From Gammaproteobacteria bacterium (GTDB lineage Bacteria; Pseudomonadota; Gammaproteobacteria; Eutrophobiales; Eutrophobiaceae), in contig OZ220696.1 in NCBI GenBank assembly GCA_965116495.1, positions 3,488,001-3,552,000 on the forward strand: 64,000 bases of DNA, written 5' to 3'. Below, one piece after another: positions 50,723 to 60,876 of the stretch (position 1 is its first letter; every line of letters begins with the position of its first letter). The position numbers and the translations under genes were made by a program. The notes beneath the pieces were generated by a model. That model worked only from the letters and a program-made list of their open reading frames with translations, did no database searches and was not told the origin of the DNA.

Positions 50723-52354
50723 TCATTGGTGTAATGCCCGCAGTTTGTTTCTCTGGATCTTGCCGGTCTGTGTCTTCGGCAATGCCGTTATGAATTCTAT
50801 CACTCTCGGGTACTTGTAGGGGGCAATGGATTGTTTGGTAAAGTCCTGCAACTCCGAAATTAAATTCTCCGATGCCTGAAAACCCTCTGCGGGCACGATA
50901 AATGCTTTTATGAGCATCCCCCGCTTTTCATCCGGTATGCCGACTACGCCGCATTCACTGACCGCCGGGTGCGGCAACAGGGCCGCCTCCACTTCCGCAC
51001 CGGATATATTGTAACCCGAGGAGATGATCATGTCGTCCGTGCGTCCTTGGTACCAGACGTAACCGTCTTCGTCCATGGTGCACACGTCCCCGGTCAGGTT
51101 CCAGCCGTTGACCACGTAGTTTTTTTGCCGTTCATCGGCCAGGTATTTACAGCCGGTCGGGCCCTTTACCCCCAGGCGGCCCAGGGTGCCGGGAGGTACC
51201 GGCCGGTCATCATCGCCCAGGATACAGGCCTGGTAACCGGTGATCGCCTTGCCCGTTGCCCCCGGGCGGATATCGTCACCGACCGCGGAAATAAAGACGT
51301 GGATCATTTCGGTCGAACCGAAGATATCCACCATTTTGATGCCGGTCGCCGCCAGCCATTCCCGGTAAGTGGGCAGGGGGAGTTTTTCGCCTGCGCTGGC
51401 GCTTTTTTTCAGGCTGCCCAGGTCAAACTCATCGATGTGCCCCAGGATGGCGCGGTAAGCAGTCGGTGCAGAGGCGCAGATGGTAGCTTTGAACCTGTCG
51501 ATTGCCCTGGCCAGTTCCAGGGGTGGAGACGTCTCCAGCAACACCACGCTGGCGCCGGCATACAGGGGCATGCCTACCAGCATGCCCAGGCCGAAGGTGA
51601 ATGCAACCGGCGGGCTGCCGATGAAGATATCGGTGGGCTCCGCTCTGACGACGTAGGAATTGCCGCAAATGCACATGGCCAGGATGTCGCGGTGGAAATG
51701 GACCGTGCCTTTGGGCTGGCCCGTGGTACCGCTGGTGAAGGCAATGATGGCGGGGTCGTCACTGGCCATCTCGACAGGGCTGAAGGAGGGTTCCCTGGCG
51801 GCCATGAGTTGCTCCAGTTCCGCCGCCGCGCCGGCCTCTCCGGAGCCGTTGAACTGCAGGATGCGTCTCAGGTACGGACTGGATTGCGTGGCGGCAACCA
51901 GGTCGCCAATCAGTCTTTCATCGCACAATGCGAACTGCACCTGCGCCTTGTCGACGATGGGTTCCAGGTCCCGTCTGCGCAGCAGGGGCATGGTGGCGAC
52001 GGCCACGCCGCCGGCTTTTATCACGCCGAACCAGCAGGCGACCAGCATCGGGTTGTTGGGGGAGCGCAGCAGGACGCGGTTACCCGGCACAAGGCCCAGG
52101 TCGTCCACCAGTACCCGGGCAATCCGGTTGGATTTTTCGTACAGGTCCCGGTAACTCCAGGTCTCGTTGGGCGTCAGGATGACATTGTTAGGGCCGTGGC
52201 CCCGGGTGATTTGCTTATCGAGCAACTCTGCCGCGCTGTTCATGCGCGCCGGGAGCTGTAACTCGTCGGTGCTGAACAGGAATTCAGGTAATTGTTCCGC
52301 CGGGGGCAGGTTGTCCCTGACGAACGTATCGACGTGGCTGGTGTGATTACTCAC
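50723..52354 (-). CDS. Aromatic acid-CoA ligase (2-aminobenzoate-CoA ligase-like)
   Basis: HVDTFVRDNLPP N-terminus; FTSGTTGQPKGTVHFHRD, GSTEMIHVFIS, GPTGCKYL and PKTQTGKIQR motifs; GTG start. Confidence 0.85.
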   Translation of the reverse strand: MSNHTSHVDTFVRDNLPPAEQLPEFLFSTDELQLPARMNSAAELLDKQITRGHGPNNVILTPNETWSYRDLYEKSNRIARVLVDDLGLVPGNRVLLRSPNNPMLVACWFGVIKAGGVAVATMPLLRRRDLEPIVDKAQVQFALCDERLIGDLVAATQSSPYLRRILQFNGSGEAGAAAELEQLMAAREPSFSPVEMASDDPAIIAFTSGTTGQPKGTVHFHRDILAMCICGNSYVVRAEPTDIFIGSPPVAFTFGLGMLVGMPLYAGASVVLLETSPPLELARAIDRFKATICASAPTAYRAILGHIDEFDLGSLKKSASAGEKLPLPTYREWLAATGIKMVDIFGSTEMIHVFISAVGDDIRPGATGKAITGYQACILGDDDRPVPPGTLGRLGVKGPTGCKYLADERQKNYVVNGWNLTGDVCTMDEDGYVWYQGRTDDMIISSGYNISGAEVEAALLPHPAVSECGVVGIPDEKRGMLIKAFIVPAEGFQASENLISELQDFTKQSIAPYKYPRVIEFITALPKTQTGKIQRNKLRALHQ

Positions 52355-52428
52355 ACTTTGGTAGCGCCGTAATAAAGTACGCCGACAAAAAACAATACAG
52401 CAATGGTCAGTAAAATGAACTCAATCAT
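52351..52428 (-). CDS. 25-aa single-TM microprotein
   Basis: MIEFILLTIAVLFFVGVLYYGATKV*, with an ATGA overlap to the upstream ORF and a GTGA overlap to the CoA ligase start. Confidence 0.55.
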   Translation of the reverse strand: MIEFILLTIAVLFFVGVLYYGATKV

Positions 52429-52655
52429 ATTTTTCCTATTTCTTTGGTATATTTCTGGATGCGCTTGAAGACTATTAAATTCATGTAGCTTAAAATGAAA
52501 AGGAGAAACATGCCTACCCAAAAAATCTCATTGATATTCCCTGAAAGATACAAATTCACTAATCCGCCTATGATAAGTACAAACAGCCCAACAAGCACAA
52601 AAAATAGTTTGGTTAAGAATGAAATTCTTTCTTTTAGCTCATCAAGTTTTGTCAT
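52425..52655 (-). CDS. Small two-TM hypothetical protein (AT-rich)
   Basis: MTKLDELKERISFLTKLFFVLVGLFVLIIGGLV...FWVGMFLLFILSYM; much lower GC than its neighbours. Confidence 0.65.
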   Translation of the reverse strand: MTKLDELKERISFLTKLFFVLVGLFVLIIGGLVNLYLSGNINEIFWVGMFLLFILSYMNLIVFKRIQKYTKEIGKI

Positions 52656-52753
52656 GGGTAAATCATGCAATATATATTTTTGATATTCAAGTTGTTATAC
52701 GGGAGAATCTCAGGTACTGAAATATTATTTAATTTGGAACGGTAATCATCCTG

Positions 52754-54238
52754 ATGACATTTAAACTCCCCGACAGCACCGAACTGAAACGGCTGGCCGC
52801 TGAACTGAACCTGGCACTCGACGATAACCAGGCGGAAAAACTGCTTGACTACATGCAGCCTCTTGCCGCCGGATATGAATATATTGACCAGTGCGATAAC
52901 GAACTGCCGGAGTCGGCCTACCCGGGACGGGATTATTACTACCCGGAGGCGGAGGAAAACCCCTATGGCGCCTGGCTGGTGAAATGCCGGATCAAGGGCG
53001 CCCCGTCGGGCCCCTTGCTGGGCAAAAAGGTCGCGGTCAAGGACAATATCTTTGTCGCGGACCTGCCTCTCACGAACGGTTCGGGCGTCCTGGCCGATTT
53101 CGTTGCCGATTTCGATGCGACGGTCGTGGACAGGTTGCTCGGCGCCGGCGCCGAGATCGTCGGAAAGTCCGCCTGTGAGTACATGTGCCTGTCAGGCGGC
53201 AGCGCCACCTCAAGCGCAGGCATCGTGCAAAATCCCAGGAAACCGGGCTATTCCACCGGCGGGTCTTCCTCCGGCAGCGCGGCGCTGGTCGCCGCCGGTG
53301 AAGTGGATATTGCCCTGGGCACCGACCAGGGCGGTTCGGTACGCATACCGGCATGCTGGACCGGTGTGGTAGGGATGAAAGCAACCCGGGGCGTGGTCCC
53401 CTTCAGCGGCGGCGTGCCCATTGAGGCGTCCATAGAGTACATCGGTCCCCTGACTGACAGCGTTGCCGGTAATGCCCAGTGCCTGGAAGTCCTGGCCGCC
53501 GCCGGCGCAGGCGATTATACCGGCGCGTTGGGAAAAGACCCGGCAGGGTTGAAGATCGCCGTGGTCAGGGAAGGTTTCGGTTGGCCGTCTTCTGCGGCCG
53601 CGGTGGATCAATGCGTGAAATCCGCGGCGTCACAGTTCGCCTCGCTGGGGGCGGCGGTGGAAGAAATATCCATCCCCGAACACCTGACCGGCCCGGCAAT
53701 ATGGGGGGCCGTGGTTACGGACGGTTTCTGGCAGACCGTGAAACTGAACGGGGTGGGCTTTAACCATGGTGATGTTTATTCACCGGCATTGTACCGGGCA
53801 ATGCAGGACTGGACGGCCCGCACAGGAGATGCCCCGATCAACGCGCAACTAATCTGGCTGTTGGCCCGGCACCTGGAGAAGTACGACGGCCGCTACTACG
53901 CCAGGGCGAAGAACCTGGTGCGCAAACTGCGCGCAAGCTACGACGGGCCGTTACGGAACTATGACCTGTTGCTGATGCCCACCCTGGTATCCACGGCCGC
54001 ACCGAATCCGGAGTCACTGGAGCACGCAAGCGATGATGAGATAATGTACACCGCGTTCGGCAACACGCTGAACACCTGCCAGTTCAACGCCACCGGGCAT
54101 CCCGCCATCTCCATCCCGTGCGGCCGCATAGACGGCCTGCCGGTGGGCCTGATGCTGGTCGGTCGTTATTTTTCCGAAAAGACCATCTACCGGGCTGCCC
54201 ATGCGTTCGAACAATCGGTAGATTGGCAATCTTCGTGA
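52754..54238 (+). CDS. Amidase signature family amidase
   Basis: AVKDNI, GGSSSGSAA and GTDQGGSVRIPA (Ser-cisSer-Lys triad); LPVGLMLVG. Confidence 0.92.
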   Translation: MTFKLPDSTELKRLAAELNLALDDNQAEKLLDYMQPLAAGYEYIDQCDNELPESAYPGRDYYYPEAEENPYGAWLVKCRIKGAPSGPLLGKKVAVKDNIFVADLPLTNGSGVLADFVADFDATVVDRLLGAGAEIVGKSACEYMCLSGGSATSSAGIVQNPRKPGYSTGGSSSGSAALVAAGEVDIALGTDQGGSVRIPACWTGVVGMKATRGVVPFSGGVPIEASIEYIGPLTDSVAGNAQCLEVLAAAGAGDYTGALGKDPAGLKIAVVREGFGWPSSAAAVDQCVKSAASQFASLGAAVEEISIPEHLTGPAIWGAVVTDGFWQTVKLNGVGFNHGDVYSPALYRAMQDWTARTGDAPINAQLIWLLARHLEKYDGRYYARAKNLVRKLRASYDGPLRNYDLLLMPTLVSTAAPNPESLEHASDDEIMYTAFGNTLNTCQFNATGHPAISIPCGRIDGLPVGLMLVGRYFSEKTIYRAAHAFEQSVDWQSS

Positions 54239-54516
54239 TATTTTTGTTGAAGGATATTATGCCGGAGCAGCATCATGGCTGATACCCTGTTTGAGACGGT
54301 CTTCAGGTTGATTCATACTTCTGCTTGTCTCTATGGTTGAACAACGATGCCATCCTGCACGGCTGTAGGCTTACAGCATCTTGCCACATGGCGGGCATCG
54401 GGTAATTGAGGATTAGTAATTGAAGCTATGGTGGTGAAACGTTGTTTCAAGGATTCAATCGCATGCATCGGGCCCTCGTCCTAAGTCTGAAGGAATATTA
54501 CTTTCCATTGTTAGTG

Positions 54517-54551
54517 GAAAAACCGCCTCTAGGGCGGTTTTTCCGCCCCAA
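54517..54551. repeat. Terminator-like hairpin, left boundary of the AT-richer island
   Basis: gaaaaaccgcctctagggcggtttttccgccccaa, closely related to 63721-63756. Confidence 0.7.
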
Positions 54552-54798
54552 GCCAATATTTGCAATAACCTGGCAAGGGGTGAGTTGTACGCAAGTTATC
54601 AAATATTGACGCGAACTTGTCAATATCAAGTATCAATGTTCAGTTATATTTGTTGACGGCGAAGACGACGGTCACTTCGAACCTGAAATACTATTGTCGT
54701 TTTCTACCCATCAATTATACTCACTATATTCTTCAATATCAGAGTTTAAGAACCTGTCTGGTTTTCAGGTACCAATTCATTTTGCTAGCCCAGAGAAC

Positions 54799-57700
54799 AT
54801 GAAAAAACATCGAATCGGCAAAGGTCTTCCTCGTTGTATAGGAAGTGATAAAAATGGCTTCGAGAGACTATGTAATACGCTTGGGCTAATCGATCGGCAG
54901 CATCGTAAAGTTCTACTGAAAAATGACTTTGTAAAAGAGAAAACAAGTACCCTTCGCAAATCCTTATCTCGTACTCGGCCCGGACCGGGTATGCGGGACC
55001 GAGAACTGTTATTCGAGCTTTATAGCGACCCAAACTCCCGTCTTGAACTCTGGTGCGAATCATTCAATGAAATTAAAACTGGTGAAGAAGAAAACCATTT
55101 AGAGACAGTCTTAGTTCCATCACTGGAATATTGCATTCTTACCAATCATATTCAAAATTTCTCTACGGAAAACAGTACCTCCGACATCAGTGAAGTTTTT
55201 GCTGAGTGGCCGGAGATTGTTCAGTGTTTGAAAGATGAGATTCCATGGGCCAATTTAGCAGGATATGTGTGGTCGGAAATCAAGAAGGATCTTGATAACT
55301 GGGACAACCTAACTGACGATGAACGCACACAAACCACACTGGTCACGTTTGCCGTGGCAACTATCGTCGATGATGATCGAATACTCAGCACCGCCATCCA
55401 GAAAGTCCCACAACTGGAAAATGAATTTAGTAGCCTGCTTAACGGCGGTAGTGACACAGAAAGAGTTGATGACCCAATCGAAGAAAAGGATATCGTGTTT
55501 CAGTGGAATGAGTTCTGTGGGACGTTAGGGATGTTAGCAGCAGAGGCGGTCGGCTCTCCCCCTAAGGTGGATGCTCTAGCCCAAATCAAGCTCACTGTAG
55601 GGGAACTAGATAAAATCGAGCAGTCTGTGAGAGCTCACCTTGTTACCATTTCATCAGAACGCCTGATCTCACGTGTAGAGGAACTCATTAATGAACTTAC
55701 TATAGAAGAGGCATTCTCATGGCTTGATGATACGGTCAGTAAGCAATTGAAAACTAGATGGCTAGAAGTAGGACAGTCATTGTCTCCCGATCAGATAAAA
55801 GAAGAGTTCAAGCGGCTGGAGGAAGAAGTTCCGAACGCATCTGAACATGTGCAGAACCTTGCGACTACCTTATCGGAAGTCACACAAAAACTTGATAATC
55901 TCCGCACAGAAGAACCAACTAACTTTAAAATACGTTGCCTCTGGGAGGAGAAACTTAATGAGCAGGAGGAGAAACTCCCCGATTTAAGGCGCGAACAGAG
56001 TAAGGCACGGGTCGAATTACTCAGCAAGCTTTCCCCATTAGGGGAAACCTTCAAGCTTAGCCAAGATGGGATTGAATCCCGTCCAAGCGGAGATACACCA
56101 GTTCCTGTTGAGGAAGATCCTTTCTCTGAGAAGTCAGATATAGATGAAAAGCGCCATGCCGAGCAAACAGAGGAAATCGAAATAGAAGATGTTTCTGTTA
56201 AGGATCTTGATGATGTTGATCCTGTTGACCAACCACAAAATATTGAGGAAACGCATAGCGAACAAAATATTGAAAATGATTCCGAACCGCAGAAACCTTT
56301 AACTATTACATCAACCCAAAGGGTTGATATTGGAAAACCAAAAAGTGGTTCAGTAGCGGATACACGCTTAGATCTTGCACGGACACGAGTGATTGATGCA
56401 TTGCTTGAATCACCGCCTCGCTTTGCCTACGTGGTACAAGTTTGCCGTCTGATTAACCGCTTTAGTCTTGATACTGATCTGCCACCAGTCAAACTTTTTG
56501 AGGCCATGTTGTTATCTGATCGTCTTCAGTTGCCTGATGCAAATGTGGCTTTTGAATTGAAGCAAGTTCTTGAGCAAGTTCTTGAGCAATTCTCTTCACC
56601 AGAAAAAATCACGGATGGTTCAAACCGTGACCTGCATGTAATGTTGGTGCTTGCAGGCACCTTGCGTCCAGCATTACTCGCGCCACAATCCGGTGCGTTA
56701 GTGTTCTTGACTGCGTTAAAGCCGAGTGAACGTTTAGGTACCGTATATCAACTTGCCAATGTGATTATCGAAGGGAGTGAAAAGCTCCAAGGGGTACGGG
56801 TCGATTCCTCCATTTTGAGAGGTGCTGATTCTAAAGCCGTTTGGGAAACTAAACGTGAACAACTCGTGTCGGATGTAGTCGAATGGAAAAAACAGGCACC
56901 GTACAGGACAATTAAGTATGCCCCTGCCACTAAGGTATGGCAGAAGTGGCTGAAGACAGACGGCTACATACATCAGTTGTTATCACCTATTGCCCCTGGC
57001 AGTAATGGTAATAGCACAACAATTAAGGAGATATTAACAAAATTAGGAGATAGAAAGTCGTTCGAGGAATTAGTCAAAAATACTGATCGATCAGAACTCG
57101 GACGTCGGAGGGGTGAGAACATCCACTCGAAAGCATTAAACCAACTCTATGCATTGACAAGGGAAGCCGTAGATCTTGCTCGTCGCCACCTCAGCTTGAA
57201 TAGTTCCATACCTGCTCAGTCAGATTTCCTGACCAACACGCTAGCAGATATACGTGATAGCTTTGAAAACTTGGCACCAATCGCACTCCAAGAGTTAGAC
57301 AGTTTTATGGGTGAAGAAAAATCACTACTCTCCGGGGCTGCGAATTCTGCCATCTACGCGCTCAAGCGGTTTCGTGAGATATTAACGACTGGATATACGG
57401 GGGGTGACCAAGAACCTGATCCCAAGGAACTTATTGGTTCCGGACTTTTCGGTTTTTCATCTATCCATATCGATGACAATGGTATGCCAGAAGGTGACCC
57501 TGAGCAGGCACTCAATGCCCTCTTGTCTACCGACAAGCCAGAAGAATATGAATCGGCGCTCGAACGATATTTGACAGTGGGTGATCTGAAGACAGCAAAG
57601 CGGGTCGCAAACTGGATTGAATACGAAGATCTTAATGATACAGGGGATATCCAAAATCGACTGGACGAAGTATTAGCTTCGGAAACCCAAAAATTGTACT

Positions 57701-60700
57701 TGCTCATAAATGAGACGAGGAAGGAGGTCGAGGTTGGACTTGGTCGTGGCACCATATCTGATGCGGAAAGAGATACATTTGATGCAGACTTAGTTCAATT
57801 AGAACTTCTTCTTGAAGAAGCGAGGGTACTACGTTTTGATCTTGAGAGGGATAAGCTGGAACATATAGTTGAAACTATCAAGAACAGCCGCGATTCAAAA
57901 ACGGAGAAGTTGAAAGTGTCGCTTGATGATCTCTCTCTTTCCTCTGAAAGCACGGAACATAAGCAGATTACACAATCAATTGAACAGGGTGATCTTGTAA
58001 CTGCGAATGAACTCATAGATCGGGTTCGCGACAACACATCCTATTCGGTCGAAACTGAACCGGGTAATCAAAGGCAAGTATTCCGGGAGTTTTATCCCAT
58101 CCGGTCAGATGAGATAGATAAAGAACTTGAGGTATTACGAAACAGCAAAGAAATTGTAGAGAAAATCAGAAAAAGTAGCGAGTTTGGAGGAATGGCACTC
58201 GGCGAAATCCCTGGTGCGCAGCGGGATTCTGCAAAGCAGATGCTTGAAGCATGGTATAGCCTGAAACGCGCAAATCGACTCGATGAAAAAGATAAGGCAA
58301 GTATAACTACGCTATTTTCGGGACTAGGGTTCATCGTACAAAAGGTGGCTATAAATCGATCAGGGCGGAATTTTGCGGAAGCTTTGATTAAAACAGATCC
58401 TTTACAAGCGCGAGAACGGTGCCCTATTCCTGCATTTGGATCATTTACTAAGGGTCAATATCGTCTCGTGTTTCTCTGGGGGCGACCCACCGAGGAGGAT
58501 ATTATCCAGCACGCTGATGAGCGTAGCGTAACGCAAGCCACAATTGTTCTCTACCTGGGACGACTCAGTAATGCTAGACGAGAGGGATTATCACGTATTT
58601 CTCGCGAGCGATCTCGGACCTTACTTATCCTAGATGAACTTTTGCTGGTTTTTCTCTGTGGTGAACGCGACTCGCGGACATTCAATCTCTTCTCATGTGC
58701 TATACCGTTCACTTATGTACAGCCATACGTGACGATCGCCGGTTCAGTCCCTCCAGAAATGTTTTATGGGCGTGAGCAAGAAATGCAAGAGATTGTAAAT
58801 CCACATGGTTCCGTCTTCATTTTTGGAGGCCGACAACTTGGGAAGACGGCGCTCCTTCGAGCAGTTGAGAGGATGTCGCATCGGCCGAAAGACGGTAGTT
58901 TTGCCGTTTTTATAGACCTCAAGGGTGCAGGGGTTGGTTATGATAGAGACGCGGCAGAAATATGGCTTGTAATCTGGCGCAGACTACGGGAACTTTCAGC
59001 CATACCTGATGAAATCAAGGAACCTAATAATAAGGGGAGAGGACGTATAGACGATTTCATGGATCGCTTATGTACCCGTTTCAGTGAGTCATCAGGACGT
59101 TCACTTTTTATTTTATTGGATGAGGCTGATAAGTTCCTGGAAGTGGATGCACGAGATTCAGGTATTTCAACGAAGGGATTTCGCGAGTCATCCAGGCTCA
59201 AAGCACTAATGGACAGAACCGGACGTTCTATCAAAGTTGTATTTGCAGGACTTCACAATGTGTTACGCACTGTTAAAGGGGCAAATCATCCGTTAGGTCA
59301 CTTCGGGGAGCCTATCGAGGTTGGTCCACTGCTTTCAGGTACTGGCTGGCAAAACGCAGAGGAGTTAATTCGCCAACCGCTCCTTGTGTCTGGATATCGA
59401 TTCAAGGACGATAGCCTCGTAACTCGCATTCTGGCCCAGACGAATTATTACCCAAGTCTCATCCAACTGTATGGTTCAGCGCTAATAAAGGAGATGCGGT
59501 CCCGGCAAATAACCGGCGCTCCACTCTACATCATAGATGACAAAATACTTGCTCAAACTTATCAGAATACAAATCTTCGAGAGATGATTCGTTCGAGGTT
59601 TCATCTAACCTTACAACTCGACCCGCGCTATGAGGTTATTGCGTATTCTATCGCAAATGATTGTATTGAACAGGAAGCTTTACTGGGCAAAGGAATCGAT
59701 CATCGACGGATTGATGAGGCTGTAAGAGACTGGTGGCCGGAAGGCTTTAAGGATATTGAGCCTCATACTGACGGGTTAAGAGCGCTTCTGGAGGAGATGG
59801 CAGGGCTCGGTGTGCTAAGGGTCGTCGATGAACAAGATGGTCGATATACTCTGCGTAATCCAAATGTCTTGCTGTTGATGGGGACAAAAAATGAAATCGC
59901 CGAAAACCTTCTCAGGAATCGTGAACCACCGCAGGAGTTCGAGCGCGAATATTTCAGGGCACGTGATCCACAGGAACCTGACGGTCCTTCTCGGAGTCCT
60001 CTTACGTTTCAACAGGAAGATATTTTACGTGCTGAGCGGAATGGTATTTCTCTTATCTGTGGTCTTCCGGCTTCCGGATTTGACTATGTTATACCGTTCC
60101 TCAGATCCCGTGGAGATAATGATTCCGTTATTGAGTTCAATGACTTAATTGACCAACGTGAATTTGAAAAAGAGGTGAGACGTCTGCATTCCAAACGACC
60201 TGACGGTACAACTATCTGTGTGATTTCCCATGAGGTGCCGTGGAGTGAAAGATGGGTTCAAGCTGCTTTGGATCAGGTTGACAGACTAAGCGCAAAGGGC
60301 CGGTATCTCCAGATAGTATTTATGACTGATCCGCAACACCTGTGGACACTTCAATCCGAACTCAAAAAGCTCAACCAGGCGGGGCTTCGGTGGAACTCAT
60401 TACGACCGTGGCGAGAAGGCTTCCTTCGCCAATGGATGGATGATGTCGGATTTAGCAATGACCCAACCATTCGCGAACAGATCATCGAGAAAACAGGTGG
60501 ATGGAAGACACTCCTCGAACGACTTTATTTTTTGAGCCAGGAAACTGGTAATTTGGAAAACAGCCTCAAAACACTGGAAAATGAATTCACGAATGGGGAT
60601 GATTCTATACTTCGCAAAAACTTTGCTCTTGATGTTCCCGGAGCAAATAAGGCGCTGCAGTGTCTTAATGATGTCGGTGGTAAAAATGAAACTACGACAG

Positions 60701-60873
60701 AGGAAATCATGAATTTCCTTGATAACTTCCCTGATGACTATGGCATAGATGGTGTCACACTAAAACGAACCCTTGAGTGGGCTGAGTTGCTTCATCTAGT
60801 ACGTAGGGCAGGCCATAACGCTTGGCGGTTGGACTCAATCGCGGCACATGCGATCTCTTCGATCGGACGTTGA
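54799..60873 (+). CDS. Giant (~2020 aa) multidomain STAND-type P-loop NTPase
   Basis: The FYGREQE pre-motif, Walker A GGRQLGKT (58825-58848), Walker B FILLDEAD (~59107-59130) and TNYYPSLIQL are present. The N-terminal part is helical/coiled-coil with an acidic linker. A C-terminal degenerate repeat carries CGLPASGFD, LRPW and KTGGW. Start is ATG 54799 or TTG 54694. Confidence 0.85.
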   Translation: MKKHRIGKGLPRCIGSDKNGFERLCNTLGLIDRQHRKVLLKNDFVKEKTSTLRKSLSRTRPGPGMRDRELLFELYSDPNSRLELWCESFNEIKTGEEENHLETVLVPSLEYCILTNHIQNFSTENSTSDISEVFAEWPEIVQCLKDEIPWANLAGYVWSEIKKDLDNWDNLTDDERTQTTLVTFAVATIVDDDRILSTAIQKVPQLENEFSSLLNGGSDTERVDDPIEEKDIVFQWNEFCGTLGMLAAEAVGSPPKVDALAQIKLTVGELDKIEQSVRAHLVTISSERLISRVEELINELTIEEAFSWLDDTVSKQLKTRWLEVGQSLSPDQIKEEFKRLEEEVPNASEHVQNLATTLSEVTQKLDNLRTEEPTNFKIRCLWEEKLNEQEEKLPDLRREQSKARVELLSKLSPLGETFKLSQDGIESRPSGDTPVPVEEDPFSEKSDIDEKRHAEQTEEIEIEDVSVKDLDDVDPVDQPQNIEETHSEQNIENDSEPQKPLTITSTQRVDIGKPKSGSVADTRLDLARTRVIDALLESPPRFAYVVQVCRLINRFSLDTDLPPVKLFEAMLLSDRLQLPDANVAFELKQVLEQVLEQFSSPEKITDGSNRDLHVMLVLAGTLRPALLAPQSGALVFLTALKPSERLGTVYQLANVIIEGSEKLQGVRVDSSILRGADSKAVWETKREQLVSDVVEWKKQAPYRTIKYAPATKVWQKWLKTDGYIHQLLSPIAPGSNGNSTTIKEILTKLGDRKSFEELVKNTDRSELGRRRGENIHSKALNQLYALTREAVDLARRHLSLNSSIPAQSDFLTNTLADIRDSFENLAPIALQELDSFMGEEKSLLSGAANSAIYALKRFREILTTGYTGGDQEPDPKELIGSGLFGFSSIHIDDNGMPEGDPEQALNALLSTDKPEEYESALERYLTVGDLKTAKRVANWIEYEDLNDTGDIQNRLDEVLASETQKLYLLINETRKEVEVGLGRGTISDAERDTFDADLVQLELLLEEARVLRFDLERDKLEHIVETIKNSRDSKTEKLKVSLDDLSLSSESTEHKQITQSIEQGDLVTANELIDRVRDNTSYSVETEPGNQRQVFREFYPIRSDEIDKELEVLRNSKEIVEKIRKSSEFGGMALGEIPGAQRDSAKQMLEAWYSLKRANRLDEKDKASITTLFSGLGFIVQKVAINRSGRNFAEALIKTDPLQARERCPIPAFGSFTKGQYRLVFLWGRPTEEDIIQHADERSVTQATIVLYLGRLSNARREGLSRISRERSRTLLILDELLLVFLCGERDSRTFNLFSCAIPFTYVQPYVTIAGSVPPEMFYGREQEMQEIVNPHGSVFIFGGRQLGKTALLRAVERMSHRPKDGSFAVFIDLKGAGVGYDRDAAEIWLVIWRRLRELSAIPDEIKEPNNKGRGRIDDFMDRLCTRFSESSGRSLFILLDEADKFLEVDARDSGISTKGFRESSRLKALMDRTGRSIKVVFAGLHNVLRTVKGANHPLGHFGEPIEVGPLLSGTGWQNAEELIRQPLLVSGYRFKDDSLVTRILAQTNYYPSLIQLYGSALIKEMRSRQITGAPLYIIDDKILAQTYQNTNLREMIRSRFHLTLQLDPRYEVIAYSIANDCIEQEALLGKGIDHRRIDEAVRDWWPEGFKDIEPHTDGLRALLEEMAGLGVLRVVDEQDGRYTLRNPNVLLLMGTKNEIAENLLRNREPPQEFEREYFRARDPQEPDGPSRSPLTFQQEDILRAERNGISLICGLPASGFDYVIPFLRSRGDNDSVIEFNDLIDQREFEKEVRRLHSKRPDGTTICVISHEVPWSERWVQAALDQVDRLSAKGRYLQIVFMTDPQHLWTLQSELKKLNQAGLRWNSLRPWREGFLRQWMDDVGFSNDPTIREQIIEKTGGWKTLLERLYFLSQETGNLENSLKTLENEFTNGDDSILRKNFALDVPGANKALQCLNDVGGKNETTTEEIMNFLDNFPDDYGIDGVTLKRTLEWAELLHLVRRAGHNAWRLDSIAAHAISSIGR

Positions 60874-60876
60874 TGT

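Noticed and set aside
54239-54516. Possible gene remnant between the amidase and the island
   Set aside because: Only short frames with no convincing family motif could be read.
56559-56590. 12-bp tandem duplication (KQVLEQVLEQ) in the giant NTPase
   Set aside because: A short in-frame slippage event with no evidence of function.
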